Assembly: GCF_018350175.1 (NCBI RefSeq) | Contig: NC_058368.1 | Coordinates: 113,460,001-113,524,000, forward strand | Reading direction: 5' to 3' | Origin: Felis catus | Taxonomy: Eukaryota | DNA: 64,000 nt | Part shown: positions 13,061-26,551 of the stretch, one piece after another | Layout of the letters: each line of letters begins with the position of its first letter | How positions within the stretch are numbered: the first letter of the stretch is position 1 | Notes under the pieces: generated by a model | Seen by the model: the letters and a program-made list of their open reading frames with translations, nothing else | Told to the model about the DNA's origin: nothing | Database searches by the model: none | Translations under genes and position numbers: made by a program

Positions 13061-15269
13061 ATCCAAATACGGTCAGAAACACTCAGACTGCAGAAACTTA
13101 GGTCACTTCTAGAAGAGTGAACGTGCCCTCACAGGGACATTGGGTTCATGATTCATTCAGAGTGAATGCATTTCCTCAGAGTCTAGCACACTTTATGCAC
13201 ATCTTGCACTCAACAACAACAAAAAGTTCAATGACTGACTGAATAAGTGTTTACTGAGAGCTGTGGTCTACAAGGGCACACCAATTCGGACAAATAATAA
13301 GACAAAGGCATAAAAAGGTAAACAAAAACAATGCCTCCACACCAAGTGCCAGATTCAGGATACCAATGACGAGGTCTAATGGGGATGGAAGGAGAGATTA
13401 TTGGGGCCTCAGGAGGTCAGAAGACTGAACTTGAGCTGAATTTTTTAAGGAAGGTAGTTTCTGATTAAGAGATGATATGAAGCAGAATTTACAGCACATT
13501 AAATCATGATCATTTTGTTGTAGAAATATTCCATTCCTAGGCAAATATATACTTTAATTAGCAAGTTCCACTCCCAATTAAAAAAACTCAATGTTTCCAT
13601 TCCAAGGGAAAAATAATATTTGCTCCTTAATTAGGTGTGGACCAAAGGAATACCATGTACTAAGGAAGCATCAACAAACACTGACCCTTGGCAAATGAAA
13701 GATACTGGATAAATATGGCTTGGGATGGACAGGTACAAGGTCTACAATTTCAATGGGAGAAAACATCTTTGAACATTCACTAAGTGTCAAGAACCAAGCT
13801 TCTCATAGGACCCATCTAGGACCCTTGAGGTAGCAGTTTTTACCTCTACAGAGAACAAGTAAATCTCTTCCAACTTAATGTCAAGAATCTGCTTTCCACC
13901 TAGATAAAGAAGCAAAATGTCTTCTCTAAGCAGCCTCATCCCCTGGGTGAACTCATCCTCCACCAAGGTCTGGTCTTCTGGCCAGTCAAGGGACCATGCT
14001 CTGTAGGCCCCTGAGATCCAACTTCCTCCACTCACCTGGAGAGGACTCACATCAAGCAAGCTCTCAGGGACATGATTAAAAGCCAAAGCACTACCAGAGC
14101 TTGTGTAGAGTGGACGCTGAAGCATTCCTCCCTGGAATGTAGATTTAGTGGGTGGTCATTTTACATTATTTTCATCCCAAGAAAAACACTGGCATATATT
14201 AAGAAAAAGATTTCAAAATGTGTATGAATTTTTTAAAGATGAAACCTGGGACTTCAAAGAGATTTAAGATTTGTGGAAGACTGCTTCAGGCCACACCCCA
14301 GCAATATGGCTCATGTTTCTCCACCATGGGGCGTTGATGGGAGAAAGTTCTCTAAGGCTCCAGCTAGTAAAACATTGCAGATACGGAAGCCGCAAACAAT
14401 CTCTGGGACAACTGCACATTTCCGATCTGGCCCTTGAATGTTCATTTGTAATTGCATCATCTCCAGACACTAGGCGAGTTACAAGTTTTGGAAACACAAA
14501 ACTACCTAGTCTAGAGATAAAGAAATTGAGATTTAAGGAGCTCAGCATCTTATCCAAGTCAAAAAGTGGCAGAGAAGGGGCCCAGTCAAGGCTCAAATTC
14601 AAAATACAACCCCCCTCTCCTACAGGAGCAGACAATTCAGGGGGCACAGTGAAGTATACAATGAGAAGATGGCTCAGTGCAAAATGCTCTCCAGTAAATG
14701 AGCGAGCGGTGATGGCATGATGATCCAAGGCATGGCAGAGATGGGGCACCCAGGTGGTAGACCCTAAACAAGAGGAAGGACTCAGATGGGTGAGGAGAAT
14801 GGGAAATGAATCTGGCAGGTGAAGACTACCTCGGACCAAGTCTGGTCACCAGGTGTGACTTTAATTCACTACAGCATAAGGCAGGGAGCATCTGAAATCT
14901 CCCACCCCACATGCAAATCCTGACGCCATCACTGACTAGCCAGCCCTTCACACAACTGATTCTCTCTGGCCTCAGGGTTCTCAGCTCTCAAAAGCAGACC
15001 CTAACTGACACTACTTCACAAGGATCTCCAGATAATCAGATAAAGATATGTATACATGGCCCAACATGAGCCATTATGGTTCACTCAATCAGACACTCAA
15101 ATATGGATTAAAACCTTGCTCTAGGACAGCACAACACCAGTGATGGGGAATAAAGTATTGCACAATACAGCATTATTTAAAGACTGTGCAATACGTTAGT
15201 AAAAAAAAAAAAAAAAGAGCAAGGAGTACAGGAGACCATATCCCAGGCCAGTTCTGCCTGGAGGGGTCA

Positions 15270-16240
15270 GGGGTCAAGGATGGGGAGGTTCTGAAGCCAT
15301 CTCTGGGGAAGCCTTCAAAGTGATGACATTTGGATTGTCTTTCCAGATAAAGAGGAAACCATAAGGAAAGGGGAGGCGGGCAGGCACTCCAGGAGGAGAG
15401 GAGGCTCGGGCAATGGCCTGGGGAGCGCGCTCAGTAGGGCTGTGCTGGAGTGCAGGACAGTTGCAGGGGGATGAGGAGGCCATAGGGGCCAAGGTTTAAT
15501 CAAAGGCATGTTTTGAAAATAAGCACCAGACTTTCAACAATAGCCAAATTCTGGAAAGAGCCTAAAGGTCCATCAACTGATGAATGGATAAAGAAATTGT
15601 GGTTTATATACACAATGGAGTACTACGTGGCAATGAGAAAGAACGAAATACGGCCCTTTGTAGCAACGTGGATGGAACTGGAGAGTGTTATGTTAAGTGA
15701 AATAAGTCATACACAGAAAGACAGATACCTTATGTTTTCATCTTATGTGGATCCTGAGAAGCCTAACAGAAGACCACAGGGGAGGGGAAGAAAAAAAAAA
15801 AAGAGGTTAGAGAGGGAGGGAGCCAAAACATAAGAGACTCTTAAAAACTGAGAACAAACTGAGGGTTGATGGGGGTGGGAGGGAGGGGAAAGTGGGTGAT
15901 GGGCATTGAGGAGGGCACCTGTTGAGATGAGCACTGGTTGTTGTATGGAAACCAATTTGACAAAAATTTCATATTTAAAACAAACAAACAAACAAATAAA
16001 TAAGTCCTATTGAGATTCAAGATAAAGTCTGAAACAACAACAACAACAAAAGAAAAAAGAACAAAGAAAATAAGCATCAGGCAGGAATATGCAGGCTTGA
16101 GGGCAGGGAGAGGGAGTCTGGACAGAGGGAGGTGAGATTTTGAAGGCCTCATTCTGCATGGATGAGACATGGAGCAGAGACAAGGCTGGGAAGGGAGAAG
16201 TGACAGGAAGCCTGTGGGAAGCCACAGGGAATCAAGATAA
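15270..16240 (-). mobile_element. L2 remnant split by the young L1 at 15530
   Basis: Purine-rich reverse L2-like sequence on both sides of the L1 insertion. Confidence 0.45.
15530..16065 (+). mobile_element. 5'-truncated felid L1 (L1_Fc-like) with probable 3' transduction
   Basis: ORF2 C-terminus (STIAKFWKEPKGPSTDEWIKKLWFIYTMEYY), 3'UTR, two A-rich tails; TSD gaaaataagcaYcag at 15515-15529 and 16066-16080. Confidence 0.95.
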
Positions 16241-18845
16241 ACTGACAAAGAAAATAAAACTCAGTTGACTGAAGCATTTCTTTCCGGTACTAGAGGCTCT
16301 TCTCAAACATAATGAATAAATAAATATGCTTCCAATGATTACAAAGCAGCACTTGGCTTCTCTTCAAATCACTCCCCAGAGCCAGTCTCTGTAAGAGCCC
16401 CGAGTGAGCGTGCATCCCACCGAGCGGCGCCTCCTCTCGTGGTAGAAGCCCCTCAGCTGGGCAGCTAGAAGCACACGGGAGAGACACAGAGATCCAGGAC
16501 GTGCTAGAATTTCAGGACAGAACCTAGCTTGCCCTCACCTCACCCAGTGACCTTGGACAACACCCTCTCCCACCCAGGCCTAAGGTTTACAGATGCTCCC
16601 ACCTGTAAAACATAGCGTCTAGCTCACAACTTCATGACTGTAACAATGGGATTTCCTTCCAGGTTTGGGCCATCATGAACCTCTGGACTGTTCTGATGTC
16701 CTCATTCACAACAGTGATGTGGGCAAATCCTCTGTGGTTCAGCAACAAGGGCTGACCACCAGGTAGAAACCATCTGTTACTGCAGAAAGTACTGTCCATA
16801 ATTCTTATATTAGTAAGAAGAGCTCAACCACAATTTCATTGATCACCTACTACGCAAAGTAGTGAAGACATGTGACTCAGTCCTCATAACATGCATCTGA
16901 AGTAGGGACTATAGCATTCCCCTTAACTGGCTAGTCTAAGGCGTCAGAGCTAATCAGTGGTGGGGCTGCAACAGAAATCAGACGGAACGGTCCAACCCCA
17001 CTCCTACTGTCGATGTTGCCTCATTGCACATGTCCTGTCCTATGGCTTCCATGTTCCTAGACACGGGGAGAACATCAGCAAAAGGAGCTTTGACAATACC
17101 TTCCTGAGGGATGCCACCACTGGCCCTTTCCTTACCTATAGCAGACATGGCTAATCAATCACAGAATCCTTCCTCAATGATTTGTGATCGCAGATCCATT
17201 TCTAACTAGTCAGAGTTCAAGATGAAACCTGATCCCTTGTCTTCATCTTCAGCTTCGTGTGAAATGGAAGCCTGTCAGGGACATGTGATTTGTTTGAGGT
17301 AACACAGCTTGTTAGTGAGAAATGGAACATAAATCTTGGTCTCTCAACCCCCTAGTCGAGCAAGCTGGTGGCGAGACCTCCCTGCGCAAAGGACAGGGTC
17401 TTTTCTAATGGACCAGAGACCCACAGTAGAACAGTTTTACCTAAAATGACCACACCATCAAGTTCCAGGAGGAGAAGGTCCCATGTCCAGCCCTCACCTG
17501 TGGTTCTTGGGTGCTACAAGTCCTCCACCCAAGGGCCCTCTACACAGCAGCATTTCTGCTTTGTTGTGATTGAAATGAGTAATGTGCAAAGCTGAGAAAT
17601 TAGTGGTGTTTTTCAAGCTAACAAATATTTGAACTGTGAATCCCAGAAAAGTCATGAATTAAACAAAAGAACAATAACACCACTCACTTAATTCCTTCTG
17701 GAGGGACTCAAAATTTCTTCAAGACTTGCAGGGAAAACTGACAAGTCATGTGACTCAGCTACATGAGAAAGAAGGGCCACCCGTCTCAGTCCCGGAGAAG
17801 CAAGCTCTCAGGATGGAGTCCTAGAGGGGCCAAACTCTTTCCCGACCCCTGATGCACACAGGACAGATGGCCCCAGGCCTGCCCAGGAGGTGCTCCTCAT
17901 CTGACACCACATCAGAAGAAGGGATGGGGAGCCCAGACAGCACCACCAAAAGTCAGGAACGGGACACCAGCTGTCAGGTGCCTGGGCAGGGGTAAGCATG
18001 GGGAGAGGAGAGAGGATGATCAACAAGGGAGAAAGCAGCACCCAGGCCTCCTTCGAGGGGTGGGGGGCAGAAATGGGGCAGTCATAAAATGCAGGGTTGT
18101 CTCCAGGGCACCTTCTTTATGCAACCCCTGGGTGGGTGGGGGGTACCTTAAGGAGGCACATCAGAAGAAACCTGGTTGATACAAAGCTCTCTTCCCCTCA
18201 AGCTCACCTGGAGTCTCTCCAAATAGATGACTACTAACAAATTTGCACCCAGGAAATGCTATCATCGCCCCATCAATTTGTCCAGTGGCCTGTTTACATA
18301 AATACACTGTGTTCTTTGTGTGAACAGGAATAATGATGCTAAGATTATAAAAATCAGTCATCCAAAATTATTTGCAGAGTGGTAAGCAAGCAGGGTTCTG
18401 GCAAGGGAAGTCTCAAAGGTCCTTTCATTAAATATTAACTCTTACTTGTGAGAGGTAGAGCTGATTGGGGGCAGCAGGGACTGGAAAATGTGAGAGGATC
18501 CCCAAACTTGACAGGGCCAGCCCCAGGGAGAGTCATGTAGCTCCAGAGCTGGGCCGGGCCTAATGAGCCAGGAATTGGCATTTCTGCAAATATGTTCCTT
18601 TCTAAAAGGAGAACTCATTATTCTAGAAATTGCATTTCTGAATTCATGAAGGTAAAATTACACCAATTAAGAATCATGCCTTTTCTTCTCCAAATGAATA
18701 GAAGCTCAAAATACTGCCAAACAAAATCCTGGGTCAAACTCCATGAAAAAATATACCTTATTACCAGAAACACACACAGATGTGAAAAAACAATAACTGG
18801 TAACATGCCTTTACTTAATATTCTATGCCTGATCACGATCAAGTA

Positions 18846-19020
18846 TCATTTATCCATTCACTCTTTCATACATTAGTTCGTTCGTTCCATTCATTCATTC
18901 ATTCCTTCATTCATTCCTTCATTCATTCAACAAATGTCTGTCAAACAGAGGGCCCTGTGGTAAGGGTTAAGGAAGCCAAGGTCCCAGCCCTGGATGAACT
19001 CCCAGTCCAGTTTACTGATG
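18846..19020 (-). mobile_element. L2 3' end with (TTCA)n tail microsatellite
   Basis: (ttca)n followed by caacaaatg...aaggtcccagccctggatgaactcccagtccag. Confidence 0.65.
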
Positions 19021-19309
19021 ATACCTTCACATGTCAGTATGTTTTGGGGAGAAAAAGGAAGAGGGGTAAAAAGAGCAGCAAAGGACAAGATCAGACGACC
19101 TCAAAGCCACGACCTATATATCCCACACCAACAACTCCTCATTCTCCAAAAGCACTATTATGTTACGTTCTGCAGAAAAAGAAAATGCCCTGCCCATCTT
19201 TTATCTATGGGCACAAAAGTGACTCTTGCACTCGAGCTGCCCTGCCTGGTGGGCGTGTCCCTGGATACATCATAAGTCACTCTCTGTGACATATGTCTGC
19301 ACATTTATT

Positions 19310-19550
19310 GAATGGATCATCATTTTCTGGGGACTACCATGTGCCAGGCACTACACTCTGCATGGATGAGCATCCCTTAATCCTCAAGGAACCCTATGAA
19401 GCTGGTACGATTTTTGCAGTCAAATGCTCTATCCCACTTAGGGGTATGATTTTTAATCCTATTTCACAGATGAGCAAACTAAGCCACAAAGGATAAACTG
19501 GTGTCCAAGGTCACAGAGGGCTGACACCTAAATCCAGGCTCCTCCACATG
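19310..19550 (-). mobile_element. MIR remnant
   Basis: ctaccatgtgccaggcact...cctatttcacagatgagcaaactaag...ccaaggtcacag. Confidence 0.7.
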
Positions 19551-19923
19551 GTGATCCCCAGTGCCTCCTTGCTGTAATTGCTGGCCTTACGTCACAGTCT
19601 CCACTCTAAACTGTGAGGACACTGAAGGCCAGGACTGAGTCAGGTTCATCGCCACCTCCCCGGCACCTTGCAGAGGGACCACCACACAGCAGGCACTTAG
19701 CGAATGGTCACAAAGTGGATAATAAGGATGCAAGTAACAGAACAAGCCAGTAGGTGAACGTTGCCCGACTCCATGCTGAATCCTCAGCTGGGTCACACAG
19801 TAGAAAACAGCAACATCCAAATGAAATTCAAGCGAAAAAGTCTCCCAAGTTTGCTTATTATGAAGATGTTTGCTTTATTATCCATGCTTTTAAAGCATTT
19901 TTGCAACTGTTCTCTTTTTAAAA

Positions 19924-20139
19924 GATGTTTCTTTTGAGAGAAAGAGTGCATGTGCAAGGGCACATGTGTGCGAGTGGTGGCGAGGGGGTGGGGGGCGGGG
20001 AGGGAGAGAGAATCCCAAGCAGGCTCTGGGCTGTCAGCGCAGATCCCGACCCAAGGCTTGATCTCACAAATCATGAGATCAGGTCTTGAGCCAAAATCAA
20101 GAGTAGGATGCTTAACTGACTGAGCCACCCAGGCACCCC
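19924..20139 (-). mobile_element. Carnivore SINE (SINEC)
   Basis: Reverse head ends ctgagccacccaggcacccc; flanked by a caa(c/g)tgttctctttt duplication. Confidence 0.93.
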
Positions 20140-22461
20140 ACAAGTGTTCTCTTTTAAAATGACTCACTTAAATTAATACCCGGCTGGAGTAAAACAATAG
20201 TCATAGCAACGTGGCCGGCAAAAACACATCTGCCCAGATGGGTATGCCTCACTTTAAGAAAAACCGGGATAGCAATCCCATACATCTATGTAGAAATATA
20301 TGCAGGGAAAGGCACTCGAATTATAAAAAGGATTCACCATACATTCCCTCCAAATAGCCTGTTGCCTTGGAAATTTCTGTTTTAAATGTCTGATTTCAAC
20401 ACTTTCCAAAAAAGAAATCTTTTTAACTTCTATCCATCATGAGGAAAAATGACCCGTCGGTTTCAGTTACTAAGAAGCATGCGTGGTTTCATGTTATAAG
20501 CGTCTAGGCCAATATGTGAAATTTATAGGTACATCTGGCTGCGACTACATTCCAGAAGATGTAACCCCACTAACCCCACTAACTGAGGACCATTACACAC
20601 GACACACTTAGGTCTCATTTCAGGGAATCTACCTCAACAGAGCAAACAAAAAATTCAAAGCCTTTCCACTTTCAGTCAATGGCTCAGATAAGAATAGATC
20701 CCCATTTTAGGAACTTATCTTTATTATTATAGCCACGAGGGTCAGACCAGCAGAACCATTCATTATGATATTTTCTCAGACTATAATTAAATTCATCTTA
20801 TTGACATGAATATTCATACTCCTGCATAATTGTTGGTATAAAAGTAAGCATGAATGTCAGTCTTCTCTCCCAAGGAAATTAGCATCTGAAACATTTCTAT
20901 GGAGGAACAAAGCTACCTAAAATGATGAATGAATGCTTTCCTTTCTGGGAATACAGGAACTAACGGGCAATTATTCCTCCTGAGCCATCTCAAGGAAAGC
21001 GGCATTCACCCCTGCCCAAGGCTTCAGGCACGGGGTCTGTCTCTGTCTGCTGGGCGAGCCTTGGACTGCAGGCTGAGAGGGTCTTCCTGGTCTCTGGCAT
21101 CTGAAAGGCCACACCATTGTCTTGCTTCTGTTACTATTCCAATCAGACGGGACACCATGAAGCCTGAAGTTTGCTTGTTTTATTTAACACAAGAGGGACT
21201 GTTGGCCTTTTACCCTGCCATATGTACAGGCTACTGGGAAGATGGGAGGAGAGGCTGCAGACTATCGAGTTATTTGAAAACATGCAAGGAAATCCGGGCA
21301 TTCTGAGAAGATTTGTTGAAATGCCTCTGTTTGGTTCCTGCCCCTGCTTTAAGGGTATATGTGGAAAACCGCTGATCGGTAAGGCCACCACCACAGCCGC
21401 ACAAAATACTGCCAGGAGGCTCTGTGACCAAACAGGTCAGTGTCAGTACCACAGCTTAAGTGGGAACAGAGCTACTGCTAGGAGCTGGTAAGACCACTTA
21501 GTATGTGCACTGGCTTTCTGTTTATGCACTGATCGGCAGGGAGAATAGTCCACAGGTTTAAATAAGTCCCTCTATTAAAGCAGTGCCTCCATTGGGTGAC
21601 CACAGACTCTTAAGAATGAAGACTTGATACAACTGGGGGAAGGACTCCCTTCACCCACCTTTCGCCGGCTTAGCCAAACATTTCTTTGGCAACGGGGAAA
21701 AGAAGGGTGGAATTTTAGAAGGGGATACGCAGAAACTGTTACTAAGTACATGCTCTGCTCCAGGACTCCTGTTGGCTTAGGGCCAGAATGTGCATTCTCA
21801 GAAGGGGCAACATTTCTCTTCCAAGGGGTAAAGTGATTTTTGAGGGATAAAAAACGTCTTACTATACATACAGGACATAGATACATGGTATATTTGTGGT
21901 ATTGAAATTCCAGGGAGGGAGGAAATTAGCAGACAAGAGTCTAGAAAGTCTCCTCAGGAGAGTGAAAATGGAAAAACTGTGGAGAAACACTGGTATAGAC
22001 TAAGGAATAGGCAAAAATTCTTAGCTTCATGGCGCTAATATTCTACTTGTAGAAGACAGATGACAAATAATATGTATAACATATGCTTTATTAAATGTAA
22101 GTGTTACAGAGAAAAATGAAGCAGGGACAGGAAGTCAAGTCTGGCCAGGAAGGGACAGAGGAGAGAAACCGGAGAAAATGACCATTTCCATTAATTAATT
22201 TCTCAATTTTCCTCCCAATCATGGCTGCTAATAAGATCTGTGACTTCAATATGAGAAAAAAAAAGAAATTTTGATGACAAATTAAAAAAGCAGCCCCATA
22301 ACCAAGGGTAGCCCATTACAGAGTACATAATGTGCTATAATACAGAAATTAAAAAAGTAAAAAGTGTGATGATCAAACAAGAGATTTCTATATTGTACGG
22401 GTGAAGGAAGCGGCTGTTCCTAAACATTGAAAAACAGCACGAAATTCTTAATGACATCATT

Positions 22462-22662
22462 TTTTTTTTTTGGGGGGACAGAGAGAGACAGAGCATGAAC
22501 GGGGGAGGGGCAGAGAGAGAGGGAGACACAGAATCGGAAACAGGCTGCAGGCTCCGAGCCATCATCAGCCCAGAGCCCGACGCGGGGCTCGAACTCCCGG
22601 ACCGCGAGATCGTGACCTGGCTGAAGTCGGACGCTTAACCGACTGCGCCACCCAGGCGCCCC
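22462..22662 (-). mobile_element. Young SINEC_Fc
   Basis: CpG-rich with young-subfamily features; perfect TSD aatgacatcatt at 22450-22461 and 22663-22674. Confidence 0.97.
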
Positions 22663-24479
22663 AATGACATCATTGTTAAATACCACCTTTGATGACATAT
22701 TTTCAGCAATTCACACATGTCCTTTCATTTTCTTTTTCCTCCCAACTGAACACCCAGTTGACTGTTTTAATTCCAATGTCCATCCATTTGAGACTAATGA
22801 TTGGCCATTTAAGGCATGCTTAATGATTCCTGATGTTATCTCCACATTTCTGACACCTAAACTTCAACACCATTATTCTCATTTTATCACAGGTGTTTAT
22901 GAAATAATGAGCAAGAAAAAATGCACTACAAGTTCAAAGAACGGCTCTAACATTCAAGTTGTACCAGCAAAGGTGATGATCCAAAAACATGAACTCTAAG
23001 AGTTCATGGCAGGCCCCCTCCCCACCAGAGCTCAGAACGCCTGTGTACCAGGGAACATCTGAAGAGTGATGTAAGACTAGTCAACATAAGTACATCCATG
23101 GACATCATTTCATAATGTACTATATCACTTTGTTTATGCAAAAGTTGAATCTCAAGAAGTCTGAACTACCTTCGGGTAATACACCCACTGAATAGTAAAG
23201 CTTCCAGAGTCACTTCATGAAGTTTACTCCAGAAGGAATTTCCCCCGCTAACTAATAATGCCACAAAGTTTCCAACTTCCTATAACACTCCAACATCTTT
23301 CCAGATGCTAAACAAAGTTATTCTCCAAGGGAGCAACTGATGATTTGAAAGGAAGAACAGTACAGCTCAGCAATGTTTGTAGGCTAAGTTCAGCCTCCCA
23401 GTAGCTTTGCCACATCTTTTCTATGGGGAAATTAACAAGAAAAGCTCTCGGCTTAATATATTATTGGAACTTGGCTACAAGCTAATTGGGGAAGAGAAAT
23501 CATAGGGAAATGCAGCCAGCTGCTGGATGTCTCCAACACAAATCTGGAAAATGGTGAGACACTTAGTGGACAGAGGATTGCTTAACATATAGGCAGGGTA
23601 TAAGAGTACATGTGATTTACTATGTATTTAGCTACATTTTTCCCTCAGAGTAAGTGACACGCTTTCAAAGCACACAATGCAAAATTGTGGCCCATGAGGA
23701 GGAACTAGCCAAATAGAAATCCTTAAAGAATTTTAGCTGGGAAAAGAAGCTGGTGTAAAAATCAAAAGGCCAGTTCATACCTGAGTCCCAAGGCACCCAT
23801 CTACCTACAGACTTGAGAGCCAGCAAGAAACTTGAAAAGACATCACCGATCACCCTAAAAGCAGCAAGCTGAGGTTCAGAAATTATCTCTGCTAAGCCTG
23901 ATAAAAGAGTTATCTCACACATATGCCTTCATGTGAGTCTTCTAAATCTCAGCCCAGGTTTCTCCCCCACTCGCCCTTCAATACAATCAAATCATTACTG
24001 CTGCCTATTTATGTGGACTAGATGAAAGTCCACAGAGAAACGTACAGGAAGCCCACGAGACCCCTGTCCCCTCCCACAGTGCCGCCACAACCTGGGAAGA
24101 CAATTAACCAGCTCACCCCTGCAGTTTTTAATGGCCCCAATCATAGGAGACCAGGAGAGCAGACCCAGCCCGATTTAACAGGCACTTTCTCACACGTGGT
24201 GCATTTCAAGTGTAAAACAGTTCACTTCATTTTCTTGGTTCCTGTTTGTGTTTCTAAAAGTATTCTTGGGGAGATTAAGGACCATTCTCCACTAAGAGCA
24301 TGAAAGCTCTTCATGCTCAAACCCTTTGCAGGGCTCCATGCCGCAACATCTCAACTGAGCCGGCCCAAGGGCTAGAAGCAGCAAACACAGGTGTTGCTGA
24401 AAGCGCCCCTCCCCCTCTCACCAGCACCACCAAGGGCTGGTATGCAAACAGAGCGGGAGGATGTGCAGACACATGCTTC

Positions 24480-24670
24480 TTCAGACAAAGGGTGGACGTG
24501 TGCTCAGGTTCCATCTTGACCAAGTTACTTGCTATAAGCCTCACTGTGACTCCCTATGAAATGAGGATAGGAAAAGTACCCGACAGAGGTGATGATGAGA
24601 ATGAGATCATGCGCACAAGGCTGGGCAGTGCGACGGCACACAGAACCTGCTCAACAATCGTTAGCTGTCA
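24480..24670 (+). mobile_element. MIR remnant
   Basis: caagttacttgctataagcctcact...tatgaaatgaggata...gcacacagaacctgctcaa. Confidence 0.6.
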
Positions 24671-24879
24671 GCATCCGTATCACAATCAGGTACTAAGAGA
24701 TACTGAAGAACTCCCAGGCCTTACTCAGCCCCCATCCAGGGGCTCCCTATGCTTACATCCCTGCACAGAACTCTCTCTGAAAGGTTCAGACACATGTGCC
24801 CAGGCCCAAACACAAACCTGATCGTCCACTCGCTTGCATACGAAGGCATGGAGCATACAAGCACACGGCATATCTGTGG

Positions 24880-25050
24880 GCTGAAGCAGGGGTTCCCAGC
24901 TTGACTGTGCACTGGCGTCACCTGGAAGGCTCCTGAAAATGCAGGTTTCTGGGCCCCATCCTCAGTGATGCTGCCTTGGTACGTCTGAGTTGGGACTCAA
25001 GAATTTGCATGTCTGATGCACCAATCCAAGGACCACATGTGGAGAACAAG
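24880..25050. mobile_element. MER5A-like hAT DNA transposon remnant
   Basis: tcacctgg...aaaatgcaggtttctgggccccatcc...aagaatttgcat...aggaccaca. Confidence 0.65.
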
Positions 25051-25996
25051 GATGCCAAAGGAATGAGAAATAAGAGACAAGAATGGAAATAGGGGTAAAT
25101 GAAAACAAAAGCCACCTGTGAAAAGCTCAGACCCAAAGGGAGTCTAGAGCCCTTGATGGAACCAGGGGCTGGCCCTCTAGTGAGTAGCAAGAATGACTGC
25201 AGGCAGGGGTCCTCCCACTGTGGAGGCAGCCATGCAGCACTGACCCAAGGCCACAGCCCAAAAGGGCCATCCAGAGGGGTGGGCATCTGACAATGAGACC
25301 ACTGGTGGGATGTACACCATCCCGCTCAGTCACTGTAAATGCAATGCTGCAGCCGAAAGCCTGCTCACGGGGAGACTGATGGGCATATTTCATGGTAATT
25401 CTTCTGGAGTAGGGAAGCTTTTATTCTCCTCGTGTCAAGAAGAAAATGATGGCAGACATTTCCGGTAGAAATGCCACCGCATTCTTTATAATGTCATTCA
25501 GCTGCTGCAGAATTAAACTACTGACCAAATGAATCTGTTTACCGAACAAACTGTGGCTTGATCTTCTTGCCCTGAGGGCTGAAATGTCATGCTGCCCAGG
25601 CATCCACATTTATTCTAAGGGATGTCAGACCATGAAGCACCGTATACACAGGCGGGGGCTTTAATGCTATGGGAGGAAGCCACGCCAAGGGTTGTCACCT
25701 ACTCCAGCATGCTCGCCCTTTCTAGGGCTCCCCATTTCCCTCAGGGTTATGTCTGTTCAAAGCCTCTAGCACGGTGCATGACTCCTTATTTCCATAGCTT
25801 CACAGGTCCTCGGCTTGCATTCCCTGAGCACAGGCACCTGCACCCAAGGGCTCAGGACTCCTTTATCTCTGGGCCTTTGCTCGAGCCGTTCCCTCTGCCT
25901 GGAACACTGTCTTCTCCTGCCTCCTCCATATGCTTAACTCCTATCCATCTTTCTACTATCAGGTTAAAGATCACCACGGTGTGCCCAAACAGTATC

Positions 25997-26375
25997 TGCT
26001 ATGGATTGAATTGTGTCCCCATCCTGAAAAAAAAAAAAAAAAAGAAAAAAGAAAAAAAACACCTCCTACGTTGAAGCCCTAACTGCCAATATGGGAGCAT
26101 GTGGAGGTGGGGCCTTGGGAGATAATGAGGATTATTAGATGAGGCCACAAGGGTGGAGCCCCCTAGTGGGATCAGTGCCCTTATAAGAAGGGGAAGAGCC
26201 AAGTCTCTGCCATGTGAAGCCAGCAAGAAGGAGGCCACCTGCAGGCCAGGAGACCTCTCACCAGAAATCCAATCTGCAGTCATCCTGGTCTCAGACATCC
26301 AGCCTCCAGAACTGTGAAATCGAAGTGTCTGTTGTCTATGGTATTTTGTTACAGCAGCCTGAACTGACTAATGTA
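25997..26375 (+). mobile_element. MLT1-type MaLR solo LTR inserted into an L2
   Basis: Starts tgctatggattgaattgtgtcccc; contains cccttataagaag and cagcctccagaactgtga; ends tggtattttgttacagcagcctgaactgactaa. Confidence 0.88.
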
Positions 26376-26551
26376 GTGCTCCTCTAGCTCCCATTCACAG
26401 CATTCATGGTTTTGAGAAGAGTATGTATCCAGATCATAAGGTCTGTGAGGCCAAGAGACATTTACTGACCAGAGTATCTGGAGAACATAGTAAAGCTGTG
26501 AAATAGGTGTAGTTAAGTGCTGAGCAAACATTTACAAATGAGTGCATAAAT

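Noticed and set aside
13787-14125. LEEIYLFS matches a motif in ribosomal protein RPS2
   Set aside because: Flanking residues do not follow RPS2 and there is no tail or TSD; treated as a chance 8-residue match.
14264-14839. Longest ORF in the track (191 aa)
   Set aside because: Non-ATG start, runs through MIR-like sequence, no recognisable domain.
15155-15194. 10-bp inverted repeat gtattgcaca/tgtgcaatac
   Set aside because: Short arms with a 20-nt spacer and no TSD; not supportable as a MITE or RNA structure.
15513-15833. 106-aa ORF with L1 ORF2p C-terminal similarity
   Set aside because: Part of a 5'-truncated L1; not a functional CDS.
20562-20583. Short tandem duplications (taaccccac x2; similar at 37983, 48706 and 51929)
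   Set aside because: Ordinary slippage products.
23780-23861. Possible small minus-strand exon (similar case near 50306-50362)
   Set aside because: Weak acceptors and no recognisable peptide; typical pseudoexons.
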